A stretch of DNA of 64,000 nt, from positions 10,031 to 74,030 of the forward strand of contig JBILCC010000001.1 in the NCBI GenBank assembly GCA_044353355.1, in the 5' to 3' direction. A program made the position numbers and the translations under genes. This DNA is from Aquirufa sp. GTDB taxonomy: Bacteria; Bacteroidota; Bacteroidia; Cytophagales; Spirosomataceae. The notes under the pieces were generated by a model. It did no database searches, was not told where the DNA came from, and worked only from the letters and a program-made list of their open reading frames with translations. Positions 20,542-32,400 of this stretch are shown here, piece by piece (the first letter of the stretch is position 1; every line of letters begins with the position of its first letter).

Positions 20542-22178
20542 TGAAAAAACTTGCCTTTTTTCTACTTTTCGCCAGCCCAGTATTGGCTCAAACAAAAGCA
20601 GATTTGTCTGGAGCTGCTAACCTGTTTGATTTAACTTTTACGACGCAAGAATTAGATACACTGTATTCAGATGTGGTAGATAATCTGGCAAATTACAAGG
20701 CAATGCATGCGATTTCATTGAATAATAGTGTGCCTTTGAGTCTTTGGCAAAATCCGAAACTTCCGGGAATGAAATTTGATCATACCCAGCGGCCGGTAGT
20801 GTGGCCAGCAGTGAAAGCAACATTGCCAGCGAAAAAATCAGATTTAGCTTTTTATTCCATCGATCAGCTTGCTCATTTGATTAAGTCGAAACAAATCACT
20901 TCGGTCGAATTAACCTCTTTTTTTATAGAGCGAATCAAGAAATATGGGGCGACCTTGCAATGCGTAATTAGCGTCCAGGAGGATTTAGCACTAGCTCAGG
21001 CACGTCAGGCAGATCAGGAAATAGCGAGTGGTAAATACCGGGGCCTATTACATGGGATTCCCTACGGTTTGAAGGATTTATTTGCAGTGAAAGGCACAAA
21101 AACGACTTGGGGCGCCGCCCCATACAAAGATCAGGTAATCGACGAAGATGCCTACGTTTATTCAAAATTGAAAGAATCAGGGGCTGTTTTAGTCGCCAAA
21201 TTCACCTTAGGTGCCCTAGCCATGGGGGATTATTGGTACGGTGGTAGAACAAAAAATCCCTGGAATCTAAACTTTGGATCATCCGGTTCTTCCGCGGGCT
21301 CCGCCTCGGCTACCGTAGCTGGATTAGTCCCTTTCGCCATCGGAACTGAAACCTGGGGTAGTATTGTTTCTCCGGCGACCACTTGTGGAGCTACGGGATT
21401 ACGGCCTACTTTTGGGAGTATTTCTCGCTCAGGTGCGATGGCTTTAAGTTACAGCCTAGATAAGGTGGGACCTATTTGTCGTTCGGCAAATGATGCTGCG
21501 ATTGTTTTTCATTATTTGCACGGGACGGATGGAAAGGATTTGGCAGCTGTGAACATGCCTTTTAATTACCAGGCAAATCGCCCAGTGAAAGGAATGAAGA
21601 TTGCCTATGCGAAAAATTATTTTGACAAAATCAAAGACACTACCCGTAGTGAATGGAAAGTATTGGCTGATCTTCGAAAACAAGGTGTTCAATTGATTCC
21701 TGTCGATTTCCCAGATGAAAATGTCTACAAAGTAAACATCATGGATGTGGTAATAGGGGCAGAGTGTGCGGCACAATTCGATGAGATGACGCGTAAAAAT
21801 ATCGATGATCAGCTCACGCGCCAAACTAAAAACGACTGGCCCAATCAATTCAGAACCGCACGCTTTGTTCCTGCAGTCGAATACATCAACGCCCAACGTC
21901 ACCGGTATTTGTTAATGCAAGAAGTGAATAAAGTCGTTTCTCAATACGACGCAATTATTTGTCCATCAAGAGGAGGTGGTAACCAATCCGCCATCACGAA
22001 TTTAACGGGTCATCCGGTGGTCTGTGTTCCTACCGGTTTTGATGCAAAAAACAGTTTGCCTACGGGTATTTCCTTCGTAGGTAAATTATATGATGAGGGC
22101 ACTTTATTGCGTATTGCTCAATTTTATCAAGATCATACTCGTTACGAGGAGGCGCATCCAGAAAAATTCTTGAATTGA
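20541..22178 (+). CDS. Amidase-signature family protein, exported
   Basis: GIPYGLKDL; GSSGSSAGSA; GTETWGSI; TAATG overlap with the GH13 gene. Confidence 0.92.
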   Translation: MKKLAFFLLFASPVLAQTKADLSGAANLFDLTFTTQELDTLYSDVVDNLANYKAMHAISLNNSVPLSLWQNPKLPGMKFDHTQRPVVWPAVKATLPAKKSDLAFYSIDQLAHLIKSKQITSVELTSFFIERIKKYGATLQCVISVQEDLALAQARQADQEIASGKYRGLLHGIPYGLKDLFAVKGTKTTWGAAPYKDQVIDEDAYVYSKLKESGAVLVAKFTLGALAMGDYWYGGRTKNPWNLNFGSSGSSAGSASATVAGLVPFAIGTETWGSIVSPATTCGATGLRPTFGSISRSGAMALSYSLDKVGPICRSANDAAIVFHYLHGTDGKDLAAVNMPFNYQANRPVKGMKIAYAKNYFDKIKDTTRSEWKVLADLRKQGVQLIPVDFPDENVYKVNIMDVVIGAECAAQFDEMTRKNIDDQLTRQTKNDWPNQFRTARFVPAVEYINAQRHRYLLMQEVNKVVSQYDAIICPSRGGGNQSAITNLTGHPVVCVPTGFDAKNSLPTGISFVGKLYDEGTLLRIAQFYQDHTRYEEAHPEKFLN

Positions 22179-22249
22179 TTGATGTATAGTAGTTTATACA
22201 TTTTTTATTTCTAATATTGGGACAAATAAACCTATAAAACTATTGAATC

Positions 22250-23683
22250 ATGAGCATCTCCCGACGTAGCTTTTTAGAAAAAAGCGCCTTAGCATCTAGT
22301 TTTTATATAGTTCCTCGCCATGTCTTGGGAGGAAAAGGATTTTTAGCACCCAGCGATAAATTGATCGTAGCTGGTATTGGAGTAGGAGGTAAAGGAAAAT
22401 CGGATTTGAAAAAATTCTATGAAAGTGGGAAAGCAGAAATTGCTTTTTTATGCGACGTAGATGATCGTCAAGCAAAGGATTCCGTTGCAGCCTATCCAAA
22501 AGCGAAATATTACAAAGATTGGCGTAAACTAATGGAGGTGGAATCGAAAAATTTCGATGCGGTTTCTGTTTCAACGCCTGATCATAACCACGCGGTTCAA
22601 GCGATGGCAGCCATGCAACTGGGCAAACACGTGTACGTTCAAAAACCGATGACACACGATATTTATGAGGCACGTATGTTAACAGCAGCCGCTGATAAAT
22701 ATAAAGTCGTAACGCAAATGGGTAACCAGGGTTCCTCTGGGGATGGTGTTCGTCAATTAGTGGAATGGTTTGATGCGGGAATTATCGGGGATGTGCATAC
22801 GGTCCAAATTTGGACAAATCGTCCTATCTGGCCACAAGGGATTCCTTGGTCTACCGCGAAGCCACCGGTTCCTGCGGGGTTAGACTGGGATTTATGGTTA
22901 GGAACGGCTCCTTATAAAGATTATGTGGATAATTTAATTCCAGGCTCTTGGAGAGGTTGGTGGGATTATGGAACAGGTGCTCTAGGGGATTTAGGTTGCC
23001 ATTTAATGGAAGCCCCTTTCCGCGTTTTAGGACTTAAATATGCGTCTGATGTGCAGGCAAGTGTGGGTAGTGTCTTTACGGCTTTTGGCCAAAGAGGTGT
23101 ATTCCCTGACAGCTGCCCTCCATCGAGTCACGCCACGTTAACGTTCCCTAAGACATCTAAAACGAAAGGGCCGGTAACCATGCATTGGATGGATGGTGGT
23201 ATCAAACCAGAACGCCCAGAAGAATTAGGTCCGGACGAAATGTTTGGTGATGGAAACTCTGGTATTCTATTTATTGGTACGAAAGGAAAAATGATGGCCA
23301 GCGAATATGCTGCTAATCCACGTTTGTTACCTCTTTCTAGAAATCAAGAAGTGAAGGTGAAGCAAAAATTAGAACGCGTACCTGGTAGTGCAGAAGGTCA
23401 CTATGCCCAGTGGGTAGAGGGTGCGATTGCAGGTTACGGAAATAAGCAAATGAGTTCTTCATTTGAAATGGCTGGACCATTAACGGAAGCGATCTTGATG
23501 GCGAATCTAGCGATTCGTGTAGCAGATATGCCTTTCCCTCGTACTACTGGAAGGGGAAATCATTATCCTGGGTCGAATACGAAATTGCTGTGGGACAATG
23601 AGAACATGCGCGTGACGAATTTCGATGCGGCCAATCAATTTGTTAAACGCACGTATCGTGAGGGCTGGAGTTTAGGCGTCTAA
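22250..23683 (+). CDS. Gfo/Idh/MocA family oxidoreductase, Tat-exported
   Basis: SRRSFL twin-arginine motif; GIGVGGKG; STPDHNH; HVYVQKP. Confidence 0.92.
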   Translation: MSISRRSFLEKSALASSFYIVPRHVLGGKGFLAPSDKLIVAGIGVGGKGKSDLKKFYESGKAEIAFLCDVDDRQAKDSVAAYPKAKYYKDWRKLMEVESKNFDAVSVSTPDHNHAVQAMAAMQLGKHVYVQKPMTHDIYEARMLTAAADKYKVVTQMGNQGSSGDGVRQLVEWFDAGIIGDVHTVQIWTNRPIWPQGIPWSTAKPPVPAGLDWDLWLGTAPYKDYVDNLIPGSWRGWWDYGTGALGDLGCHLMEAPFRVLGLKYASDVQASVGSVFTAFGQRGVFPDSCPPSSHATLTFPKTSKTKGPVTMHWMDGGIKPERPEELGPDEMFGDGNSGILFIGTKGKMMASEYAANPRLLPLSRNQEVKVKQKLERVPGSAEGHYAQWVEGAIAGYGNKQMSSSFEMAGPLTEAILMANLAIRVADMPFPRTTGRGNHYPGSNTKLLWDNENMRVTNFDAANQFVKRTYREGWSLGV

Positions 23684-23724
23684 AAGAGATCCCAATAACT
23701 AAGTTTAAATGAGTAAATTGCCGC

Positions 23725-24018
23725 ATGCGTACATGCGGCATTTTATTTTTTCTGTCTTTTTCAGTTTTCGCTCAGGAACCTGATTTTCACTATAAAGCCT
23801 TTTCAATCAAAGTGGACTCTGTCACCTCAGGTGTGGAGGAGCAGAAAATTCAAGCTACTTATAGGTCAGAAAAAGATCCAGTGAAACAAGCCCTTCTTAA
23901 AAAGGCGATGCAAGACTACCGCTGGCTCAATGGGTTACGCAAAAATCGAAAAGTGATCTTAGTCAATATTCCTGCAGCTCAACTGCGGGTTTTTGAGGAT
24001 GTTCTTGTTGTTCCCTAA
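23725..24018 (+). pseudogene. 5' remnant of a murein L,D-transpeptidase (YcbB-like)
   Basis: Signal peptide, then YRWL...ILVNIPAAQLRVFE (start of a YkuD domain); stops before the catalytic H...C motif. Confidence 0.65.
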
Positions 24019-24168
24019 TAAAGTACCTAACGATTTTGTTAAAAAGAGCTGTTTATTGTTAGCTAATGAATGTTTTTGATGAAATTCTTAAAAGACAGTA
24101 TAGCACACTTATTACTTGAAAAAAGGCCAAAAAAATGTATATAATTTTAGAAAATAACAATTTTGTTA

Positions 24169-24176
24169 TATATTTG
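24169..24176 (+). promoter_or_regulatory. Bacteroidota sigma-A -7 element upstream of susC
   Basis: TATATTTG matches TAnnTTTG. Confidence 0.6.
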
Positions 24177-24311
24177 ATCACAATTTGGTAACATTTATGG
24201 TGCCAGTAATTAAATATATGTTTCATTTTAAAAACTAAGAAAGGAGGGCACTTAGAATTATTTAATTAAAAGATTAACCATTTTTCACATTTTCTAACAA
24301 AAAACAATTTT

Positions 24312-27300
24312 ATGAAAAACAAATTACTAACTCAACTACTGGGTGTATTTGCTGTATTGGTTCTGTTTCTTGGGAGTCATGCTGCATCCGCTCAAGGAAA
24401 CAAGATCACGGGTAAAGTCGTTGCTGCAAAAGATGGCGATGGCATTCCAGGTGCTTCGGTTATCGTTAAAGGTTCTAAATCTGGTGTTGCATCAGATGCC
24501 AATGGTAACTTTACTATTTCTGCTGAGAGCAACAGTGTTTTAACTGTTTCTTCAGTAGGTTTCGCTTCACAAGACGTTAAATTAGGTTCTCAAACCTCAA
24601 TTACCGTTCGTTTAGCTGAAGAAAGTTCTACTTTAAATGAAGTTGTTGTAACAGGTTACGGTTCTCAGTCTAAAAGAGCTATTACTGGTGCAGTAACAAC
24701 AGTAGACGCTAAAGATTTACAAGCTGTTCCGGCAACTACTTTCGCTCAACAATTACAAGGTCGTGCTTCTGGTGTGACTATCGTAAATGATGCAACTCCA
24801 GGTGGTAATGCAACAGTTCGTATTCGTGGTTTTGGTACAATTGGTAACAATGATCCTCTATATGTTATTGATGGTACTCCTACTGAAAACCAAGGTAACT
24901 TGAACCCTAATGACATCGAGACTATCCAAATCTTGAAAGATGCTTCTGCTTCTTCTATTTATGGTTCTCGTGCAGCGAATGGTGTTGTTATCATCACAAC
25001 TAAAAAAGGAAAAACAGGTGCACCGAAAATTACTTTCAGTTCATACTATGGAACTCAAAATGTTGCGAATGATGTTCAATCATTAAACGCTAAAGAATTA
25101 GGTCAATATTTATACTTAGCTGATAAATATGCAGGAAAGACACCATCTCACGGTCAATATACTTTTGGGTCAAATGGTGAGGTTACTATCCCTGATTACG
25201 TATTCCCAAGTGCTGGAAAAGCAGGTTCTGCTGGTGTAGATCCTAAGTTATATTCATTGACTCCTGACAATATTTATGCAATTACTAAATCTGCAGATAC
25301 ATATTGGTGGGGTGCTATGACTCAGTCAGCTCCAATCATGAACTACCAATTGAGCGCAAGCGGTGCTACAGAAAATAGCAAGTATGCTTTATCATTGGGT
25401 ATGTTTAGTCAAGATGGTGTTGTGAAGTTTATTGGTTATGATCGTTATACTTTACGTTCTAACACAGAATTTTCTGCGATTAACAAAAGATTGCGTGTTG
25501 GTGAAAACTTTACAGTAGCAATTGATAACCGTAAAGGTGGTTTTGGTAACAACGAAGAGCAAAATGCTGTTTCTGGTTCTTATAAGCACCATCCTTTATT
25601 GCCAATTTTTGACATTGCTGGCAACTTTGCTGGTAGCCGTGGTGCTAACTTAGGTAACAACTCTAACCCATACGCAACTCTTGCGCGTGAGGCTGATAAC
25701 AGACGTTATGGAATGAGAGCATTCGGTAACGTTTATGCTGAATTCGATATCGTTGCAGGAATTACTGCTAAAACAAGTTTTGGTATTGATGCTACAACTA
25801 GCAATGGTAAGTACTTAGGACGTGCTAATCCAGAATACGTAGAAGGAAGTTTCAATAACGGTTCTACTTCTAATACAAGCTATGATTACCAATGGGTATG
25901 GCAAAATACTCTTTCTTACACTAAGACATTCAATGATGTTCACAAAATTGATGCTTATGTTGGTTTAGAGTCAATCAAAGCTTTCGGAGAATATTTCGGA
26001 GCAGGTCGTAATGGGTATGCTTTCGAAATCCCTTCGATTATGGGTTATTTAGATCTAGGAGATCCTACAAGAGTTTCTAACTACGGTAGCGTAGGTAATG
26101 ATTATACATTATCTTCTCAATTCGGTAAATTTAACTATGCTTACGGAGACAAATATTTATTCCAAGCAATCGTTAGAAATGATGCTTCATCTAGATTCTT
26201 GTCAGCTTCTCGTAACGCACTTTTCCCTGCATTCTCTTTAGGATGGCGTTTATCAGAAGAAAGTTTCATGAAAGATCAACTTACTTTTGTTAATGACTTG
26301 AAATTACGTTTCGGTTGGGGTAAGACAGGTAACCAAAAAATTGGTAATTACAATGCTTACACTACTTACCGTTCAAACATTTTCAATGCAGGTTATCCAA
26401 TCGATGGTTCTCAAACTACTCCAGCCATTGGTTATGATGCTAACGCATTTGGTAACCCTAATGCTAAGTGGGAAACTACAACTTCAACTAACTTCGGTTT
26501 AGATGCAGCGTTGTTAGACAACCATTTAACAGTTGAATTGGATGTTTGGAACCGTGTAACATCTGATATGTTATTCACAACACCTATTACTTTCACTGCA
26601 GGTGATGCAAGAGCTCCGGCTTTCAACGTAGGTCAAATGACTAACAAAGGTATTGACTTAGGAATTAGCTACAAAAATTCAATAGGTGATTTACGTTACG
26701 CTATTTCAGGTAACTTATCTACTTACACAAATAATGTAGACAAATTAGATGCATCTCCTAATACACGTTTCTTCGGATATGGTTCTCGTGTTCCAGCTGT
26801 TACATTAACTCAAGCTGGATTACCACTTTCCTCTTTCTACGGATACAAAGTGTTAGGTATCTTCCAATCTGACGAGGAAGCTAAAGCTTGGGCTCCATAT
26901 GAAAATTACAATAAAGCAGGTAAATTCAAATATGCTGATATCAACGGTGATAATAAAATCACTGATGCTGACCGTACGATCATCGGTTCACCTCACCCTG
27001 AATTCACATATGGTTTAAATTTGAACTTAGGCTATAAAGCATTTGAATTAACAGTATTTGCTAATGGATCTCAAGGTAATGATATCTTTAACTATACTCG
27101 TTTCTTCTCTGATTTTAACTCATTCCAAGGAAACCGTTCTAAGCGTGCATTATATGATGCTTGGCAACCAACTAATAAAGGTGGTACTGTGCCTATCATG
27201 GATGCTAACGACCAAGTATCTAGCCGTCCTTCAAGCTATTTCTTAGAAGATGGTTCATACTTACGTATCAAGAATGTTCAATTAACGTATAATTTACCTC

Positions 27301-27491
27301 GTTCTTTAGGTAAGAAATTTGGTTTAGACAATGCACAAATTTATGTACAAGCACAAAATTTAGCAACGTTTACGAATTATTCAGGACTTAACCCTGAAAT
27401 CCAAACTGGAGCTGATAATACAATTGGTTTTGATGGTGGTTATATGCCTGTATCAAGAACTTTTATTTTAGGTCTTAACCTTGGATTTTAA
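24312..27491 (+). CDS. susC: SusC/RagA family TonB-dependent transporter
   Basis: NEVVVTGYG; NPNDIETIQILKDASASSIYGSRAANGVVIITTKKG; ends GLNLGF. Confidence 0.97.
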   Translation: MKNKLLTQLLGVFAVLVLFLGSHAASAQGNKITGKVVAAKDGDGIPGASVIVKGSKSGVASDANGNFTISAESNSVLTVSSVGFASQDVKLGSQTSITVRLAEESSTLNEVVVTGYGSQSKRAITGAVTTVDAKDLQAVPATTFAQQLQGRASGVTIVNDATPGGNATVRIRGFGTIGNNDPLYVIDGTPTENQGNLNPNDIETIQILKDASASSIYGSRAANGVVIITTKKGKTGAPKITFSSYYGTQNVANDVQSLNAKELGQYLYLADKYAGKTPSHGQYTFGSNGEVTIPDYVFPSAGKAGSAGVDPKLYSLTPDNIYAITKSADTYWWGAMTQSAPIMNYQLSASGATENSKYALSLGMFSQDGVVKFIGYDRYTLRSNTEFSAINKRLRVGENFTVAIDNRKGGFGNNEEQNAVSGSYKHHPLLPIFDIAGNFAGSRGANLGNNSNPYATLAREADNRRYGMRAFGNVYAEFDIVAGITAKTSFGIDATTSNGKYLGRANPEYVEGSFNNGSTSNTSYDYQWVWQNTLSYTKTFNDVHKIDAYVGLESIKAFGEYFGAGRNGYAFEIPSIMGYLDLGDPTRVSNYGSVGNDYTLSSQFGKFNYAYGDKYLFQAIVRNDASSRFLSASRNALFPAFSLGWRLSEESFMKDQLTFVNDLKLRFGWGKTGNQKIGNYNAYTTYRSNIFNAGYPIDGSQTTPAIGYDANAFGNPNAKWETTTSTNFGLDAALLDNHLTVELDVWNRVTSDMLFTTPITFTAGDARAPAFNVGQMTNKGIDLGISYKNSIGDLRYAISGNLSTYTNNVDKLDASPNTRFFGYGSRVPAVTLTQAGLPLSSFYGYKVLGIFQSDEEAKAWAPYENYNKAGKFKYADINGDNKITDADRTIIGSPHPEFTYGLNLNLGYKAFELTVFANGSQGNDIFNYTRFFSDFNSFQGNRSKRALYDAWQPTNKGGTVPIMDANDQVSSRPSSYFLEDGSYLRIKNVQLTYNLPRSLGKKFGLDNAQIYVQAQNLATFTNYSGLNPEIQTGADNTIGFDGGYMPVSRTFILGLNLGF

Positions 27492-27561
27492 TTAATAATT
27501 CACTGTAATACAGTTTATTATAAAGTTTGAACATTGTTAAATTTTTAATAAAAACAAAAAT

Positions 27562-29355
27562 ATGAAACGCAATAATATTTTAAAAATGTTCTTGTCAGCT
27601 GGTATCGTTTTAGGAATTGCTACTGCATGTAGTGATGAATTCTTAACTCTTCAGCCGCAAGCTCAGTATAGCCCAGCAGCCTTGCAGACGGCTAAGGGTG
27701 TTGAAGGAGTACTTATAGGTGCTTATTCTATGCTTGATGGTCAAGGTTTAGATGGCCAAGCTCCTTGGGAGAATGATATCCAAAACTGGGTATTTGGTGG
27801 TTTAACTTCGGATGATGCTTACAAAGGAACCGATGCGGGTGATCAACCAGAGCAATCTTTCCTTGAGACGTGGGATTTTCAACCTACGAACGGACACATT
27901 AAAAACAAATACAGAGGATTGTTTAAAGGTGCTGCTCGTGCAAACGATGCGATCAATACATTGAAAAATGTAAAGGATATCTCTCCTGATCGTGCTGCTC
28001 AAATCAAGGCGGAAGCTCAATTTTTAAGAGCATTATTTCATTTCGAAGCTAAGAAATTGTTTAAAAACATTCCTTACATTGATGATGCAATCTTCAATTT
28101 GAATGATCTTCAGTCTACTAAAGTTCCAGTTGATCCTAAAGCTTGGGAAAAAATTGAGAACGATTTAAAGGCTGCTGCTGCTGTATTACCTGACAAGCAA
28201 GCACAAGTAGGTCGTCCTACTAAGTGGGCTGCTAAAGCTTTATTAGCTAAAGCATACATGTTCCAAGGTTGGAATATTGCTACTGGTGCTGCTAATGCTG
28301 CTAAGTTAGGAGAAGCAAAAACGGTCTTAGAAGAAATCGTGAACAGTGGTAGATTCAAATTGGTAGATCTTTACAGAGATAACCACGATGCTAGCACTCG
28401 TAACAATGCTGAATCAATTTTTGAAATTCAGTATGCTTCTTCTTCAGCTAATGCTGATGCTGCTAATGCAGGTGTGGGTCTTGCTCACCCTTATGCTTCA
28501 CCTTGGGGATGTTGTGGTTTTTACCAACCGTCACAGAACTTGGTTAACGCACACAAAACTGAGAATGGTTTACCAATGTTAGATACATTCAATAACAGCG
28601 ATGTTAAGAATGATCAAGGTGTAAAAATTGATGCTGATTACACTCCTTACGAAGGTGAATTAGATCCACGTTTAGATCATAATGTTGGTCGTAGAGGTAT
28701 CCTATTTATTGATTACAAAATCCACAACTTGGATTTCATCCGTGATCAAACTTATGCGGGACCATACTCACCTAAAAAACACATTCCATCTAAAGCATTT
28801 ACTGGAATCAATGGTTGGGGTAACTTAACATCTAATAACTATAGAATGTTGCGTTATAGCATGATCTTATTATGGTTAGCTGAGGTTGAGGTTGAAATCG
28901 GTAGTTTAGAGAAAGCACGTGCATTGGTTAATCAAATCAGAACTCGTGCAGCTAATCCAGCTGGTTTCGTTCAAAAAGCTACTCAAGGTGCTACTCGTGA
29001 TGCATACAAGTTAGAATTTACTGCAAGTGGTGCTCCAGTTCCAGCTGCAAATTATGTCATCAAAAATTACACAGCTCCATGGAGTGATCAAGCAGTTGCA
29101 CGTAAAGCAGTTCGTCATGAGACACGTCTTGAATTCGCTATGGAAGGCCACCGTTTCTTTGACTTACAAAGATGGGGAGTTGCAGCAGAGGTGTTGAATG
29201 CTTACAATGCTGTTGAGGCAACTAAGCGTGTATACAAGAAAGGTGCTACTTTCGTAAAAGGTAAGCACGAGTTCTTCCCTCTTCCTCAAGAGGCAATTGA
29301 CCAATCTGAGAAAGATGGAAAACCAACTTTAGTACAAGATCCTTCTTACAAATAG
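27562..29355 (+). CDS. susD: RagB/SusD family lipoprotein
   Basis: Lipobox ATA-C; AEAQFLRALFHF; ETRLEFAMEGHRFFDLQRWG. Confidence 0.95.
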   Translation: MKRNNILKMFLSAGIVLGIATACSDEFLTLQPQAQYSPAALQTAKGVEGVLIGAYSMLDGQGLDGQAPWENDIQNWVFGGLTSDDAYKGTDAGDQPEQSFLETWDFQPTNGHIKNKYRGLFKGAARANDAINTLKNVKDISPDRAAQIKAEAQFLRALFHFEAKKLFKNIPYIDDAIFNLNDLQSTKVPVDPKAWEKIENDLKAAAAVLPDKQAQVGRPTKWAAKALLAKAYMFQGWNIATGAANAAKLGEAKTVLEEIVNSGRFKLVDLYRDNHDASTRNNAESIFEIQYASSSANADAANAGVGLAHPYASPWGCCGFYQPSQNLVNAHKTENGLPMLDTFNNSDVKNDQGVKIDADYTPYEGELDPRLDHNVGRRGILFIDYKIHNLDFIRDQTYAGPYSPKKHIPSKAFTGINGWGNLTSNNYRMLRYSMILLWLAEVEVEIGSLEKARALVNQIRTRAANPAGFVQKATQGATRDAYKLEFTASGAPVPAANYVIKNYTAPWSDQAVARKAVRHETRLEFAMEGHRFFDLQRWGVAAEVLNAYNAVEATKRVYKKGATFVKGKHEFFPLPQEAIDQSEKDGKPTLVQDPSYK

Positions 29356-29380
29356 TATTTAAGGAAATTTGCTAAATTTT

Positions 29381-29422
29381 AAAGAACAGAGATGGCGTTT
29401 GCTGTCTCTGTTCTTTTTTTTT
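29381..29422 (+). terminator. Intrinsic terminator after susD
   Basis: AAAGAACAGAGATGGC-GTTT-GCTGTCTCTGTTCTTT followed by a T-run. Confidence 0.85.
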
Positions 29423-29451
29423 GCTATTTTTATAAATAATTCAGTCCATTT

Positions 29452-32400
29452 ATGAAATTCAATTCCTCCTATATCAGTCTTTATTTTATTTTGTTTTGCG
29501 GTTTTTTACTAAGCTGTCAAAGTCAAGAAGATACTTTATTTACTGAGCTCTCAGCTGATGAAACAGGTATTCAGTTTTCGAATAGAATTACTGAAAATGA
29601 CACGATGAATATTCTCACATTTGAATATGTGTACAATGGTGGTGGTGTGGCATTAGGAGACTTTAATAATGATCAAAAAGTAGATATATATTTTACTGGG
29701 AATCAGGTCGCTAATCGCTTGTACCTGAATGAAGGTGTTGATAAAAATAATCAGCTGAAGTTTAAGGATGTTACTAAACAGGCAAACGTAGCTGGTGAAG
29801 GTAAATGGAATTCGGGTGTTGCTTTAGTAGACATTAATAATGATCAATTGCTTGATATTTACGTTTGTGCTACGGTTAAAAAGGTAGGGCAACAAAGGGC
29901 CAATATCTTGTATGTTAACCAAGGATTGGATAAAGAGGGTGTTCCTAGCTTTAAAAATATGGCGGAGGAATATGGTATAGCCGATACGACCCATACCACC
30001 AATGCGAATTTCTTTGATTACGATAATGATGGGGATTTAGATCTTTACGTAGTAGTCGATGAAATGGCCGACATTCATTATCCTAATATGTATCATCCTA
30101 AAGTAAAAGATGGCTCATCTAGATTAACGGATAGATTGTATCGAAATGATTATGACCCTAAAACGGGTCATGCCCATTTTACAGATGTCTCTAAAGAAGA
30201 AGGTATATTGATTGAGGGTTTTGGCCTAGGAATCAATATTACAGATATTAATCAAGATGGTTGGAAAGATATCTATGTGACGAATGATTACCTCAGTAAT
30301 GATTTAATGTACATTAATCAGCACAAAAATGGTAAGCATACGGGTTTTATTGACCAAGCAGATCTCTATTTTAAGCATACTTCTCATTCTGCGATGGGGA
30401 ATGATGTCAATGACATCAATAATGATGGTTTAGTGGATATTATGGCTGTTGATATGATGGCTGCGGATAACTACCGTAAAAAAATGCTCACCATGGCTAA
30501 TAATTATCAAACGTATCAAAATAACGATAAGTTTGGTTATGTTTTTCAGTTTCCCAGAAATACGCTACAGTTAAATCGTGGAAAAGACCCTAAAACAGGT
30601 ATTCCAGCGTTTAGTGAGATCGGTCTGTTTGCGGGTGTTGCTGAAACAGATTGGAGTTGGACACCCATGGTAACTGATTTCGATAATGATGGACTTCGGG
30701 ATATGATTATCACGAATGGTTTTCCAAAAGATATTACAGAACAAGATTTCATGGTTTATCGTGCTGAAAGGGGCAATTTCGCCGAGCCCAAATACCTTTT
30801 AGAGATGATTTCTTCTGTCAAAATTCCGAATTATGCCTTTAGAAATACGGGTAACGTAGGTTTTGAGGATGTTTCTCAAAAATGGGGAATCAAAAATCCT
30901 AGTTTTTCTAATGGAGCAGCTTATGCTGATTTAGATAATGACGGAGATTTAGATTATGTGGTTAATAATATCAACGATTCGGCCTCTGTTTACCGCAATA
31001 ATGCCATGCAAATTGCACCGGATAAGAGCCATTTTCTGCGTGTTCAACTGAAGGGTTCGGATCAAAATATTCAGGGAATTGGCGCAAGCATACAAATTAA
31101 ATACAATAAAAATCAACTTCAATTTTATGAATGTACACCTTACAGGGGTTATTTGTCTACGATTGAATCTATTGCGCATTTTGGTTTAGGTGAAACTAAA
31201 GAGATAGATGAATTAAAAATTATTTGGCCAAGCGGGAAGCAACAAATTTTGAGACATCTGAAAGCTAATCAGGTAATTACCTTGGAAGAAAGAAATGCAC
31301 AACCCTATTTACCTAATTCGGTGAAATCAGCTACTTTATTCACAGAAGTTAGTGATCAACTGAATTTACTTTATCAGCACATTGAAGACGATGCCATTGA
31401 TTACAATAATCAAAAATTATTACCCCATAAATTCTCACAACAAGGCCCTTGTCTTGCCGTAGGAGATGTTAATGGAGATTTAATTGAAGATGTGTTTATT
31501 GGCGGTTCTAGTAAGCACAAAGGCAATTTTTTGATTCAAGATATGAATGGAAATTTCAAGTCTATGGATTTGCTTTCTGGCAAGGATGGTTTTGCTAAAA
31601 GTCAAGAAGATATGGGTGCATTGCTTTTTGATTTGGATAATGATCGCGATTTAGATTTATACTTGGTAAGTGGCAGTAATGAATTACCCTTACTGGATCC
31701 AGGGTATCAAGACCGAATATTCATCAATGATGGCAAAGGGCATTTTACAGAAAATAATTCCATATTGCCCGCATTTGCTAAAAGTGGGTCCTGTGTGAAA
31801 GCAGTTGATTTCGACCACGATGGTGACCTAGATTTGTTTGTGGGAAATAGAGTCGAGCCTGGTTTTTACCCTAGACCTGTGAGTAGCTATCTATTGAGAA
31901 ACGAATTTCCAAAATTAAAATTTACGGATGTGACGAATCAGGTCGCGCCAGAATTAAATAAAATCGGTTTGATCTCTGATGCTTTATGGTCAGATACGGA
32001 TAATGATGGATGGCAAGATTTGATTTTGGCTGGGGAATGGATGCCTATTAAAATCTTTAAAAATGAGAAAGGCAAATTCAAATCGATTCAATCGACTGGA
32101 ATTGAACATAAGTCGGGTTGGTGGAATAGTTTAGCTGCGGGCGATTTTGATAATGACGGAGATATGGATTATGTGGCAGGGAATTTAGGCCAAAACACCT
32201 TGCACCGAGCAAGTGATGACACACCTTCCAAAATATACGCCGCAGATTTCAATGGAGATGGTACTTTTGATGCCATTCCTACGGTGTATTTTAAAGACCA
32301 AAAAGGAAAGAGAAAAGAATTTCCGTTCAATACGAGAGACGATTTGGCTAAGCAATTTATACAGATTAGAAAAAGATTTGACAACTATGCCAAATTTTCA

